Shown here one piece after another: positions 9,557-18,311 of a DNA stretch of 32,000 nucleotides. Position 1 is the stretch's first letter. Every line of letters begins with the position of its first letter. Under the pieces are notes generated by a model. The model did not search any database and had not been told where the DNA came from. It saw nothing but the letters and a program-made list of their open reading frames with translations. Source of the stretch: Cellulophaga phage phi3:1; the sequence record KC821630.1; one strand, written 5' to 3'. Made by a program: the position numbers and the translations under genes.

Positions 9557-10575
9557 TGAAGATAAAAATAAATGGCGAGTTTTATAAGTTTTTCAATAAA
9601 GTAACTTTATCTTATAGTCTTGATGCAGTAGCTTCTTCGTTCTCGTTTGAAGGTAGATTTGATTTTAATAATGAAAAACATAAGCAGATTTTCAAGCCCT
9701 TGTCGTATCCTGAAGTTGAGATATACGATGATAGCGGAAATAAGCTGCTGACAGGGTTAATCGTGACTACCGCCTTAGGTAGTAGTCGTACTAGAGATTT
9801 GCAAGCTGTGGCGGGTTATTCTAAATGCGGAGTTCTTGAGGATTGCACTATACCAGCAAGTTCTTATCCTTTGGAAAAATTAAGTGTTTCTCTTAACGAT
9901 GTTGTTGAACGTGTTTTAGCTGATTTCAATTTGTCTTTTACTGTAGATGATTCAGCTGTTAACGCTATGCAACTAATTTACAAGAAAACTGTAGCTGAAG
10001 CGACTGAAAGTGTGAAAAGCTTCATATGTAAATTAGCTTCACAAAGAAATATAGTTACTAGTCATGACGTTGACGGTAATTTACGCTTTTTTAAGCCTTC
10101 TTTTAGAGGCAGCGGGGTAATTTACTTAAATAAAGAAAATAGTACTTCTATGACGCTCTCAGCTAACGGACAAGCTATGCACTCGCATATATCAGTTATA
10201 AGACAGCCTGGAAAAGACAATAAAGCACTAACTCCTCTAGATACAATAATAAATCCTTTAATTGTAAGAGAAAGACATATTGTGCAAACATTAACTTCAG
10301 GAACTGAAACCGATACCTTAAACGCTGCTAATTCATTACTATCAAAGCAGCTTAAAAATATTTCAATTACCGTTACTTTAAATAGAATAGAGAATGTAAA
10401 ATGCGGTGATATAATTGAAGTTTTAAATGAAGAAATTTTTCTGTACAAAAAAACCAAGTTAATTGTGTTAGCTATAAAAAACACATACAACCAACAAGAC
10501 TCAGGGCAAATGGAACTTTCGCTAGTTTTACCCGAATCTTTCACAGGTGAAGTTCCTGTAAATATATTTGAATAA
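9556..10575 (+). CDS. Baseplate hub protein (Mu gp44-like)
   Basis: 339 aa, late-control-D-like layout: ...YPEVEIYDDSGNKLLTGLI...SKCGVLEDCTIP.... Confidence 0.65.
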   Translation: MKIKINGEFYKFFNKVTLSYSLDAVASSFSFEGRFDFNNEKHKQIFKPLSYPEVEIYDDSGNKLLTGLIVTTALGSSRTRDLQAVAGYSKCGVLEDCTIPASSYPLEKLSVSLNDVVERVLADFNLSFTVDDSAVNAMQLIYKKTVAEATESVKSFICKLASQRNIVTSHDVDGNLRFFKPSFRGSGVIYLNKENSTSMTLSANGQAMHSHISVIRQPGKDNKALTPLDTIINPLIVRERHIVQTLTSGTETDTLNAANSLLSKQLKNISITVTLNRIENVKCGDIIEVLNEEIFLYKKTKLIVLAIKNTYNQQDSGQMELSLVLPESFTGEVPVNIFE

Positions 10576-11080
10576 TATGATTAGTTTTAGTAGAGTAAGT
10601 GAGGTTATAATTAAGAATTATAACAAGATTTTAAAAGTTACTGAGCACGGAACAAAAACTCCTGATGTAGCTTCAAGCTTCGGAGACGATTCTTCACCTT
10701 TAAAAGATATGGTTGCTATATTTGCTAAGACACAAGTTAGCGGTGAAGATGTTGTTATTGGTTATCTTAATCAGCACCAAATTGCAGAAGCTGGAGAGAA
10801 AAGAATTTTTTCAGTAAATCAAGACAACACTCTTTCCGCTGAAATACATTTAAAAAGTGACAATCAAATAGTAATAAATAAAGGCGAGGATTGGGCTGTT
10901 AAGTATAGTGAGTTGGAGAAATCTTTTAACCAACTTAGGGATGATTTAAATACTATTGTATCTAGATACAATAGTCACGTACACTCAGCTCCAAACGGCG
11001 CTTCTACGCCATTACCTTTAGCTCAAGCGTCTACAGTAACTATAGACGCCGCGAAAAGTAGTGATATTAGATTACCTTAA
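10568..11080 (+). CDS. Baseplate assembly/central spike protein (Mu gp45-like)
   Basis: 170 aa following the gp44-like gene; LSAEIHLKSDNQIVI and His-containing tail region (YNSHVH). Confidence 0.55.
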   Translation: MNNMISFSRVSEVIIKNYNKILKVTEHGTKTPDVASSFGDDSSPLKDMVAIFAKTQVSGEDVVIGYLNQHQIAEAGEKRIFSVNQDNTLSAEIHLKSDNQIVINKGEDWAVKYSELEKSFNQLRDDLNTIVSRYNSHVHSAPNGASTPLPLAQASTVTIDAAKSSDIRLP

Positions 11081-11831
11081 CTCGTTGAATTAAAGTTTGC
11101 TTCAAGCCTTTATATTCGTTGTGTTTTATAGTAGCTTTTACTTTCGTGAATTCATTGTCGCTAATTCCTGGAGGAGTAGTACCTTTGTAGACATACCCAT
11201 TACCATTATCACTTATATAAGATCTTATGTGAACATATCCGTATTGAGACTCAAATCCAGTAGCATGTACAGTCTTCAGCGAAAGAATTACTTTTTCTTT
11301 GTCTTCATGTAAAAAAGAACTAGACTCAACTTTAATTCTGTGGTCGATTTCTCTTTTTGACAAATAACCGTCTTTTGTTTTAAATAACTCGCCTAATTCA
11401 ATTAAGCGTTTTCTAGCTAAAACTCTTCTTCTTTTAATATGCATTTGACTCTCATCAGCACCTCCATCAGCACCTTCTTCTTGATAAACTCTGTTTAATT
11501 GCCAAGAGCTTTCGCATAGCATTATTTCGCTTCCTTTATATAAACCAAAAGGAAAAACTTGATAAGGCAACGCGATTTTCTTTAATCTTTTAAAAGACCT
11601 AGTTTCGCCTCTTAAATCATCGTCAACGAAAACATTTTCAAGATTGAACTTTGATTTGATTTTATCAACAGCTTCATCTTCGTTCATTGACAAATTTTGC
11701 ATATAATTAAAGTTTGTTGTTACACTAACTAAATGACTCTTACCGTTAAACCATTCGTAATTTTCTGATTTAGTGATATTCCAAAGTGTATAATAAACTG
11801 TAGCAAAACCTATGACGTACTTTTTTTCCAT
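11067..11831 (-). CDS. Hypothetical protein (KKYVIGFATVYYTLW... family)
   Basis: 254 aa ORF preceded by a promoter/operator module at 11861-11902. Confidence 0.75.
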   Translation of the reverse strand: MEKKYVIGFATVYYTLWNITKSENYEWFNGKSHLVSVTTNFNYMQNLSMNEDEAVDKIKSKFNLENVFVDDDLRGETRSFKRLKKIALPYQVFPFGLYKGSEIMLCESSWQLNRVYQEEGADGGADESQMHIKRRRVLARKRLIELGELFKTKDGYLSKREIDHRIKVESSSFLHEDKEKVILSLKTVHATGFESQYGYVHIRSYISDNGNGYVYKGTTPPGISDNEFTKVKATIKHNEYKGLKQTLIQRVKVI

Positions 11832-11848
11832 TATATATCTGTTTTAAA

Positions 11849-11902
11849 TTATCTACTCAACAAATATATAACCATTATATTTAATATGCAAAACTTTTTG
11901 CA
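11849..11902 (-). promoter_or_regulatory. Bacteroidota-type promoter with overlapping palindromic operator (copy P1)
   Basis: - strand: TGCAAAAAGTTTTGCA (11887-11902) - 18 nt - TATATTTG (11861-11868) - TTGA - GTAGATAA. Confidence 0.7.
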
Positions 11903-11903
11903 A

Positions 11904-12173
11904 TTATTTTTCCTTAATCAGTTCTTCGTTAGTTACTTCTAGTATTTTCAACACTTCATTAGCGATGTAATCACTAGCTTCATCGTATCCATCTTTCTCA
12001 TATCTAGATAGTCTTGAATATAGCGCTGTTTTACTAAGCTCTACACCGTTTTTTATTAGTTTGATAGCTAACTTATTCTTCGTCTTTATTTTAGCCATAG
12101 GCGGCTCTTTTTTAACTTGCTTTAAATCATGTATTAATATACATTCATCTATGTTTAGAAATTTTCTTGCCAT
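11904..12173 (-). CDS. Small basic protein; alternative start at ~12098 (MAKIKTKNK...)
   Basis: 89 aa ORF; LIKNGVELSKTALYSRLSRYEKDGYDEASDYI resembles a short helix-turn-helix-like protein. Confidence 0.55.
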   Translation of the reverse strand: MARKFLNIDECILIHDLKQVKKEPPMAKIKTKNKLAIKLIKNGVELSKTALYSRLSRYEKDGYDEASDYIANEVLKILEVTNEELIKEK

Positions 12174-12583
12174 CTTAATGTTATTGATTTATGTTTTGCG
12201 TTTTTAATTATTCTACTTACTTGTTTAATCGTGTAACCTTCAAAATTGCCTTCATAGCAATTAAGAGCTTGTTCTGATGTGAAACACATCCGCCAATTAT
12301 TTTTCTTTGACATTTTCTCCCAAACTTTTCCCCATCTTACTTGAGCTTTAAGCTTAGCAATTTCATGACTAGACCCGTCAACTTTGATCTCTGTGGCAGC
12401 GTTGAATTTTTTATCTAAATAAATAAAATCAGCTACACCAGGAACAATTCCTATTGACTTAGCTAAGTAAGCCTGTTTTCTGTTCGCTCTTTCGTTTGAA
12501 ATATGAAATAGCTGTCCCCACTTTTCAGGATATTTCTGAGAATGTTTAACAGCTATTTCAGATTGAAGTTGTAATTCAGTCAT
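12155..12583 (-). CDS. VRR-NUC-type nuclease
   Basis: 142 aa with GIVPGVADFIYL...ATEIKVDGSSHEIAKLKAQVRWGKVW (GxxD / ExK / Q pattern of the PD-(D/E)XK VRR-NUC family). Confidence 0.75.
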   Translation of the reverse strand: MTELQLQSEIAVKHSQKYPEKWGQLFHISNERANRKQAYLAKSIGIVPGVADFIYLDKKFNAATEIKVDGSSHEIAKLKAQVRWGKVWEKMSKKNNWRMCFTSEQALNCYEGNFEGYTIKQVSRIIKNAKHKSITLRWQENF

Positions 12584-12589
12584 CTAATA

Positions 12590-13093
12590 CTAGAATGGTA
12601 AATCGTCTTCTTCGTCTAGAGTTTCAGTGGAAGCTGCTCCAGATGTGTCGTTTGAAGTTGAGCTAAATTCCCAATCTTTCAAACCACCTAAAATTGGAGT
12701 TTTTTTCATTTCCTCTTTCTCTTCGTCGGAAGCTGCCTTGTATACTGAAGAACCTACTTGTTGACTGACAAATCCATGCTGCTTAAAGTTGTCTTCTTTG
12801 TCCTTTAAATTCATTCTTATACTTAAGTATACAGCGCCATCTATCTCTTCTATGAAGTTAGCTTTTAAAGGAATAAAAATACCTCTAATCTTCTTGTCTT
12901 TTTTACCCTTCTTCTCCATCATAACATGCTTCAATTTACTCAAAGCAATTGTTCCGTCTAGTTTTCTGACAACTGTAGCATCAGAATTTCCTGACGGCGA
13001 TTGAGGTGTTGCTTTTTTAGACGATTTGTCTTTTTTAGACGATTTGTCTTTTTTAGACGATTTGTCTTTTTTAGAGTTTTTTTCTTTTGCCAT
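12590..13093 (-). CDS. Putative ssDNA-binding/replication accessory protein with SSB-like C-terminal tip
   Basis: Start MAKEKNSKK at 13093 preferred over 13255; C-terminus LDEEDDLPF resembles the SSB acidic tip. OB fold not verified. Confidence 0.5.
   Translation of the reverse strand: MAKEKNSKKDKSSKKDKSSKKDKSSKKATPQSPSGNSDATVVRKLDGTIALSKLKHVMMEKKGKKDKKIRGIFIPLKANFIEEIDGAVYLSIRMNLKDKEDNFKQHGFVSQQVGSSVYKAASDEEKEEMKKTPILGGLKDWEFSSTSNDTSGAASTETLDEEDDLPF
13013..13074 (-). repeat. 18-bp tandem repeat, ~3.4 copies (TTTTTTAGACGATTTGTC on the + strand)
   Basis: Units at 13013-13030, 13031-13048, 13049-13066, partial 13067-13074; encodes KKDKSS repeats. Confidence 0.9.
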
Positions 13094-13254
13094 CTTACTG
13101 TTTTTGTTTAAATTAATTATTTTTAAATTTTTACTCTTTGATATTTGCTTAGCTTCTTCTTTTGTCAAAACACCTAATCCGTAAACTGAACTAGGATTTT
13201 CTTTTAAACTTTCTTTTTGTTTCCAAAGTCTTTCGTTTTGAAAATAATACCGCA

Positions 13255-14907
13255 TTATTTCTTAAACTTCAAGTTCATATCTAGTAGCACTTTGTAAAGT
13301 CGTCTACTATTCCAATTTGCCCATTTAGCGTACTCCTTAATAGTTTTCTCTTCTTTTCTAGACCATAGCTGATTGTATAACCAGTGAATATGATACGCTT
13401 GAATCTCTCTATAAGTTGTTAGTTCTTGAAAATCCATATCTTTAAACGCTTTAGCTTTCAATGATACGCCTTTTTCATCAACTATCGAAGCGAGTTGTAA
13501 ATCAGCGTCTTTGACTTTATCTTTATCTTCTGGGTATTTAAAACCGCAGAAAGGACAAAGTTTGTAAGCTGCTAAAATAAGTCTTTCACATCCTTTTTTA
13601 ACTTCACCAGCGCCTTTTAATTTGTTAAGCTTTGAATCTTCTCCGCAAATTTTCATCGGCGGAACACCTCCATCAGTTTTTGTTTCTTCATGCCATAAGC
13701 TCCAGTCTCTTTCAACATCGTAAGGACCAAACCTGCCTTTATTGCCTCCGAAATCTAAAACTGTAAAATTGAATTTATCAATACTACCATCTCTTATAAT
13801 CCTAGCTCCACGACCCAATATCTGCAAATATAAAACCAGCGACATAGTTGCTCTATACAGCCCTATAAAAGTAACAGTAGGGTCATCAAATCCCGTAGTA
13901 GCTATATCAACATTGACTAAAATTCCGTCTTTACTCTTCTTAAACCACTCAAAAACTTGTTCCCTTTCACCGCTTAATTTGTGAAAGTTTTTTTGATACA
14001 ATTTATACGACTTAAATTTTTCATCAAAAATAGCTTTAGAAGCTGGTGTCCATTTCCTTGGCTCCTTTGGAGAAGAAGGATTTGACGCTATAAACTTAGC
14101 GGGTATTCCTGCTTTGTGCAACTGCTTAGCTGTTTTAATTGCGTGCTCAACATTACAACAGAACACCATTCCTTTTTTACCCTTTGCGAATTTTAAATAA
14201 TTCTTCACCAATCCTTTGTATAGTTTAGCGTTGTCGTAAGTTTTGAATAAAGATGATTCTGAAAAATCCCCTTTGCTTTTATTTACAGCTACACTGGTTA
14301 AATCAGGTTCACCGCAATTATAAATATCGCAATTTAATAAATACCCTTTTTTAATTAACCACTTTATAGGCTTTCCTTTAACTATAGCATCATATTGCAC
14401 GCCTAACTGAACCATCTTCCCACTCCTTACAGGTGTAGCTGTAAAGCCTATAACGTACTTCTTTTTCATCCACGGTATTTCAAATACCCAATTGAATTCT
14501 TGCTTGTGCGCTTCATCTATTATAATTAAATCAATTTCGTTTTTAACAAAATTTAACCAAACAGGACTTTTCATTCTGTTTTGCATAGTGCGCGACATGC
14601 CTACGTAAATATCTTTCGTTTTGTCAATGAACTTTACTCCGCTAGAAATATAGAAAGGATTCATTTTGAATTTTTCTATCGTTCCACCAGCTTGAGACAG
14701 TAGCTCAGTTCTATCAGTCAATATAAGTACTTTTTTACTTTTCTTTGATACTCTAGATGATATAGCTGAGAACATAATAGTTTTACCTGAACCTGTAGCT
14801 GATTGCCCTAGAACATGGTAATTTCCTTTTCTAAATTGCTTATTTATATTCTTTACAAAACTTTCTTGGTACTTGTATAAAATAATATCTTCAACTGTTT
14901 CCTTCAT
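13255..14907 (-). CDS. SF2 DEAH-box helicase
   Basis: 550 aa; GSGKTIMFSA, LTDRTELL, LIIIDEAHK, GFTATPVRSG, TGFDDPTVTF, QILGRGARI motifs. Confidence 0.9.
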   Translation of the reverse strand: MKETVEDIILYKYQESFVKNINKQFRKGNYHVLGQSATGSGKTIMFSAISSRVSKKSKKVLILTDRTELLSQAGGTIEKFKMNPFYISSGVKFIDKTKDIYVGMSRTMQNRMKSPVWLNFVKNEIDLIIIDEAHKQEFNWVFEIPWMKKKYVIGFTATPVRSGKMVQLGVQYDAIVKGKPIKWLIKKGYLLNCDIYNCGEPDLTSVAVNKSKGDFSESSLFKTYDNAKLYKGLVKNYLKFAKGKKGMVFCCNVEHAIKTAKQLHKAGIPAKFIASNPSSPKEPRKWTPASKAIFDEKFKSYKLYQKNFHKLSGEREQVFEWFKKSKDGILVNVDIATTGFDDPTVTFIGLYRATMSLVLYLQILGRGARIIRDGSIDKFNFTVLDFGGNKGRFGPYDVERDWSLWHEETKTDGGVPPMKICGEDSKLNKLKGAGEVKKGCERLILAAYKLCPFCGFKYPEDKDKVKDADLQLASIVDEKGVSLKAKAFKDMDFQELTTYREIQAYHIHWLYNQLWSRKEEKTIKEYAKWANWNSRRLYKVLLDMNLKFKK

Positions 14908-14908
14908 A

Positions 14909-14950
14909 CAAATATACTTTCTTATTTGTTCTTATGCAAAACTTTTTGCA
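14909..14950 (-). promoter_or_regulatory. Promoter/operator module (copy P2) abutting the helicase start codon
   Basis: - strand TGCAAAAAGTTTTGCA (14935-14950) - 18 nt - TATATTTG (14909-14916) - T - ATG (14907). Confidence 0.65.
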
Positions 14951-15098
14951 TTTTTAATTAATAAACCAACACCTTTCTCTTTACTTTCAATAAAATTGTA
15001 TTCACTTTTTGAGAACCATTTCTTTTTTGAGCCTCCGAAAGGACCTATTTCAGTAAGTATACACCAATGAGTATCGTTTTCAGACCAACAAGGGAATA

Positions 15099-16118
15099 CT
15101 ACTTTTTTCGGTTCTTCTTGATGTTTTTTTTTAAACTTTCTATGAATTTCGATTTTGATTTTGATATAATTTTAACATCAGTTTCATTATTCATTTCACC
15201 AGCAAACGGTAAAGGCGGAATATACTTGTTTAATTTTTCAGGATTGTCTTCGTAAAAAGAAATACATTCGCTAAGTACTGTATCTAAATCTCCGCCGTCT
15301 GAGAGCCAATCATTTAAAGCATCTTCAGCAATAGCTAATCTTTTAAGTAAAGCGTCTTGATGTGGCTTAGAAGCTTTTACAATTTCGATTGAAACCTTAC
15401 ATTCCTTTTTAAAGTCTTCATACAACTCCATTATGTCGCCTTGGTGAAATAAATACTTAGTTTTGTCTTCCGGGGGTTCAGCTACTACATAGTAGCAGGT
15501 GTCTACATTGTGAGCAATAGTTTGTCCGCATATCTGCCAAAAGTCTTTACTCTTTTCGTCAGTAGTTTTGAACGTCCTATCGTAATGAGTAGTCCATCTA
15601 GTACATGCTTTCATTTCTACTGTAGCTTCAGTCTTACCATTTAAAACCACAATTGAATCCGACGAAACTCCAGCGTTGGGCATTGAGTCGAATTTTTTAA
15701 AACCTACTTTTTTAAGCTTGCCTTCAACTTTCATCTCCTTAAGCTTTTCCTTAGTGATTCTACGTATTAAAGGCTCAACTTTAGTTCCGTACTGCATATC
15801 CCAGCTCCCGTCACCGTCGTCTACATATCTGCCAGTTTGCCTTTCTTTAGCATTTTCATAGATATACTTTATAGAAGTTAATCCAAAAGAGAAAACTTTA
15901 TCAAGGTTATCCCAGCTTCCTTTTCCTTTTCCTTGAGCGCAAGACATAAGGCTAGCTAATTGGCTTCCTGTCCATCTACCTCGCCTATCAATCTTCCATT
16001 TCTTTGTTCGCTGAAGTTCTTTCTTTTTAGCTTTCTTTTCCTTTTTTGAAACTTTTATTTGAATAGCGCTTTCGTTAACTGTTGAAAAGCTTATATTGGT
16101 TTTTTTAAGCTTAGACAT
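15099..16118 (-). CDS. YqaJ/lambda exonuclease-like recombination nuclease
   Basis: 339 aa; QYGTKVEPLIR, NAGVSSDSIVV, ATVEMKAC, DFWQICGQTIAHNVDTCYYVV. Confidence 0.8.
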   Translation of the reverse strand: MSKLKKTNISFSTVNESAIQIKVSKKEKKAKKKELQRTKKWKIDRRGRWTGSQLASLMSCAQGKGKGSWDNLDKVFSFGLTSIKYIYENAKERQTGRYVDDGDGSWDMQYGTKVEPLIRRITKEKLKEMKVEGKLKKVGFKKFDSMPNAGVSSDSIVVLNGKTEATVEMKACTRWTTHYDRTFKTTDEKSKDFWQICGQTIAHNVDTCYYVVAEPPEDKTKYLFHQGDIMELYEDFKKECKVSIEIVKASKPHQDALLKRLAIAEDALNDWLSDGGDLDTVLSECISFYEDNPEKLNKYIPPLPFAGEMNNETDVKIISKSKSKFIESLKKNIKKNRKK

Positions 16119-16673
16119 CTATTTATTTTTAGCTTTCTTTGATTTCTTTTTAGGAGCTTCTTCGTTCTTTGAAAGATTATAGTCTGAGCTAATTGCTCTA
16201 CCTAAGTTTCTTCCAAATATATTACCTATAGTGCTTAAAGCGTTACTGATTGCTGCTGTTCTAGCTGCTGGCAAGTTATATTCAAGTGCGTTGGTTTTTT
16301 TACCTAAAGGAAATTTAGCTACTGAAGCACCTGAGTCACATTGAACAGGTTTTGAACCTAAGCCTGAAAAGTATCGATATTCAGCGTTAGGGTAACTAGG
16401 TAATCCTTGACATTTTACATGTACAACTATTTCGTTAACAACTAATTCAGACCTAGCATCAATAACATCAAAAGCATCAAAAAATATGTCCTGAAGAGCT
16501 TGTTGGTATTGAATTGGTAAATAAGTTGATTTTTTAGCTCCGCCTAAAGTTCTTTCTTTTATCCATCCACCACTTGGAGCGGCATTGAGCGCTTTTTGCC
16601 AAGCTTTCTTTGAATTAAAGTTGTGCTCTTCAGTTGTCACTATTGCTTTTGGTGTTTCTTCTTCTTTACTCAT
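16119..16673 (-). CDS. Rad52/22-like single-strand annealing protein
   Basis: 184 aa; YLPIQYQQALQDIFFDAF...VVHVKCQGLPSY...FPLGKKTNALEYNLPAARTAAISNALSTIGNIFGRNLGR; adjacent to the exonuclease. Confidence 0.75.
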   Translation of the reverse strand: MSKEEETPKAIVTTEEHNFNSKKAWQKALNAAPSGGWIKERTLGGAKKSTYLPIQYQQALQDIFFDAFDVIDARSELVVNEIVVHVKCQGLPSYPNAEYRYFSGLGSKPVQCDSGASVAKFPLGKKTNALEYNLPAARTAAISNALSTIGNIFGRNLGRAISSDYNLSKNEEAPKKKSKKAKNK

Positions 16674-17001
16674 CGAAATATTTTACAGGAATTAAAATTT
16701 GTTCATTACTTAAGTATATTCCAAAATCATTTACATCAGTTTCTTCACTAAATAATTTAGGTTCATTTTCAATTACTCCTTTTGAGTTTATTAACCAATA
16801 AGGTTTTCCGTAACTAGGTTTCCAAACTGCTCTTTTTTCTTTTTTGTTTTTGTCACTTTTAACATAATGCGAAACTTCAAGAAAGTCAATCTTTTTTCCT
16901 TTTCTTAAGCTTATCTTTATTTGAACGGTTTTTTCCTTTTTTGTCTTTTTTTCCTTTTTTGTCTTTTTTTCCTTTTTTGTCTTTTTTTCCTTTTTTGCCA
17001 T
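16666..17001 (-). CDS. Hypothetical protein with N-terminal KKEKKT repeats
   Basis: Start MAKKEKK at 17001 (the listed 17025 start is also possible); overlaps the upstream ORF in another frame. Confidence 0.65.
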   Translation of the reverse strand: MAKKEKKTKKEKKTKKEKKTKKEKTVQIKISLRKGKKIDFLEVSHYVKSDKNKKEKRAVWKPSYGKPYWLINSKGVIENEPKLFSEETDVNDFGIYLSNEQILIPVKYFDE

Positions 17002-17230
17002 CGCTGAAATGTTGTTTGATTTCATTCACCTGCTCCCTTGTGTATCCAACTCTATTATTATGAGCGTCACAGCAAACCCAGGAACTTTCTTCAGTTAAGT
17101 GACTAGCAAATCCTGATTGCTTAGTTGTTCCGTCTTTAAAAATCAAAGAACATTGAAAATCAGATTTACCTACTTCTATTGGAATTTTCAGGAATATTTC
17201 TCCTTTTTTGAATTTCTTTATCAAGTTCAT
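16886..17230 (-). CDS. Hypothetical protein with C-terminal GKKDKK repeats
   Basis: 114 aa ORF; the C-terminal tail is encoded by the same 18-bp array used by ORF 16666-17001. Confidence 0.65.
   Translation of the reverse strand: MNLIKKFKKGEIFLKIPIEVGKSDFQCSLIFKDGTTKQSGFASHLTEESSWVCCDAHNNRVGYTREQVNEIKQHFSDGKKGKKDKKGKKDKKGKKDKKGKNRSNKDKLKKRKKD
16929..16997 (-). repeat. 18-bp tandem repeat (GGAAAAAAAGACAAAAAA on the coding strand), ~3 full copies plus partials
   Basis: Full units at 16937-16954, 16955-16972, 16973-16990 with partial flanks. Confidence 0.9.
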
Positions 17231-17339
17231 TTAACGTTTTGTTAAAATTAATGTCGTTTTCTATTTTCGAAGAAGTAACTGTTTTTCCCGATATATTAAT
17301 ACCTATGAATTTAAACTCAATAGCTTTTCCTTTTCTCAT
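17166..17339 (-). CDS. Small hypothetical protein (57 aa)
   Basis: MRKGKAIEFKFIGINISGKTVTSSKIENDINFNKTLNELDKEIQKRRNIPENSNRSR; fills the gap between promoter P3 and the next ORF; below the track cut-off. Confidence 0.45.
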   Translation of the reverse strand: MRKGKAIEFKFIGINISGKTVTSSKIENDINFNKTLNELDKEIQKRRNIPENSNRSR

Positions 17340-17352
17340 AGCATGTGTTTTA

Positions 17353-17406
17353 TTATCTACGAAGCGAATATACGATGCTTTATAGAATTATGCAAATGTT
17401 TTTGCA
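17353..17406 (-). promoter_or_regulatory. Promoter/operator module (copy P3, variant)
   Basis: - strand TGCAAAAACATTTGCA (17391-17406) - 18 nt - TATATTCG (17365-17372) - CTTC - GTAGATAA; palindrome extends to 9-bp arms TTATGCAAA/TTTGCATAA. Confidence 0.6.
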
Positions 17407-17411
17407 TAAAT

Positions 17412-18311
17412 TTAATACCTTATGCCATGTTTGTCAGTTATGTGAAAGAAACTTGAAAGAGAAACTTTGTTCATATTTCTACATCCATCAAACTTTGCAT
17501 CAGCTTTCTTGTACTTATAACCACTATAGAATCTACTAATTCTGTGAAAATAATCTCTTCCGTTTTCTCCAAACGAATTGTATAAAGCACCCGCTATTTT
17601 ATACCAATCCTGGTAATCAGAAGTTATATCAACACCATTAGCTTCAATAACACTTATAATTGACTCGACTTTTTGCTGGTCGTCTTTATTGTTAAAATTT
17701 TCAGTTGGCTTAGCTTTTATCTTTCGTTTTTTAGGTATTTCATAAGCTTCGGCTTTCTTGTTGTAATAAGCGTTAGGGTCATAGCTAAAAAACCTTAATC
17801 TAGTGCGGTCTTTACAGCTTTCATCAATGTTAACTCCTATTCTATTAAGCTTCTTTTTAAAGTGCTTAAAAGCTTTTAAAAGCGATGTTCCTTTCTTTAA
17901 CCTTATTATTATATACATTCCATCTTGAACATCTTTTCCATTGCTTGAAACTGAATAACCAACATAGTAACAGCTTTTCACATTGATAAAAAGCTCTTTC
18001 ACTTTTTCAAGGTCGACGCATAAGTTACATTTGGAAGTTTTATTCTTAGCATACCTGTCAATGTCAAGAACTATAAAATCATTCTTTTTCCTTATGTTAT
18101 CTAGATGGCGTCTGTCTTTGAAAGTAGCTGAAATAGTGACGCAAGGAATACTCCTTTTAAGTCTAGCAAAACCAAGCTTTCTGTATTGATTAACTTTGCT
18201 TTTTAACTCACTAGGAGGGTCGATAGTTTTACTAAGCCAGTCATCAAGGTTAGTTGACTTTGGCTTAGTATCACCTACATTTTCAAAATAAGATATTTTA
18301 TGCTTTTTCAT
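17412..18311 (-). CDS. BT4734/VirE-N-like primase-associated protein with PriCT-like C-terminus
   Basis: 299 aa; DFIVLDIDR, YYVGYSVSSNGKDVQDGMYIIIRL, TRLRFFSYDPNAYYN, WYKIAGALYNSFGENGRDYFHRISRFYSGY. Confidence 0.7.
   Translation of the reverse strand: MKKHKISYFENVGDTKPKSTNLDDWLSKTIDPPSELKSKVNQYRKLGFARLKRSIPCVTISATFKDRRHLDNIRKKNDFIVLDIDRYAKNKTSKCNLCVDLEKVKELFINVKSCYYVGYSVSSNGKDVQDGMYIIIRLKKGTSLLKAFKHFKKKLNRIGVNIDESCKDRTRLRFFSYDPNAYYNKKAEAYEIPKKRKIKAKPTENFNNKDDQQKVESIISVIEANGVDITSDYQDWYKIAGALYNSFGENGRDYFHRISRFYSGYKYKKADAKFDGCRNMNKVSLSSFFHITDKHGIRY

Noticed and set aside
4141-10544. Antisense ORFs at 4141-4335, 4788-5018, 7601-7870 and 10122-10544
   Set aside because: Fully inside or overlapping supported baseplate/fibre genes on the + strand; no independent signal.
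12590-13255. Long N-terminal version of the SSB-tailed ORF starting at 13255
   Set aside because: Its first 54 aa directly follow the helicase end and look unlike the rest; MAKEKNSKK at 13093 is a more natural start.
11820-14450. Shared peptide KKYVIGF in the 11067 ORF (MEKKYVIGFATVYY) and the helicase (KKKYVIGFTATPVRSG)
   Set aside because: In the helicase it is the standard SF2 motif III-side TATP region; the remaining sequences do not align, so this is coincidence rather than homology.
11097-18189. + strand ORFs at 11097-11312, 12789-13004, 13742-13984, 14873-15070, 15067-15255, 15676-15861, 17345-17539 and 17983-18189
   Set aside because: Mostly antisense to well-supported genes; composition (Phe/Leu/Ser-rich) is typical of reverse-complement reading of Lys-rich genes. 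17345-17539 also crosses the promoter/operator region.
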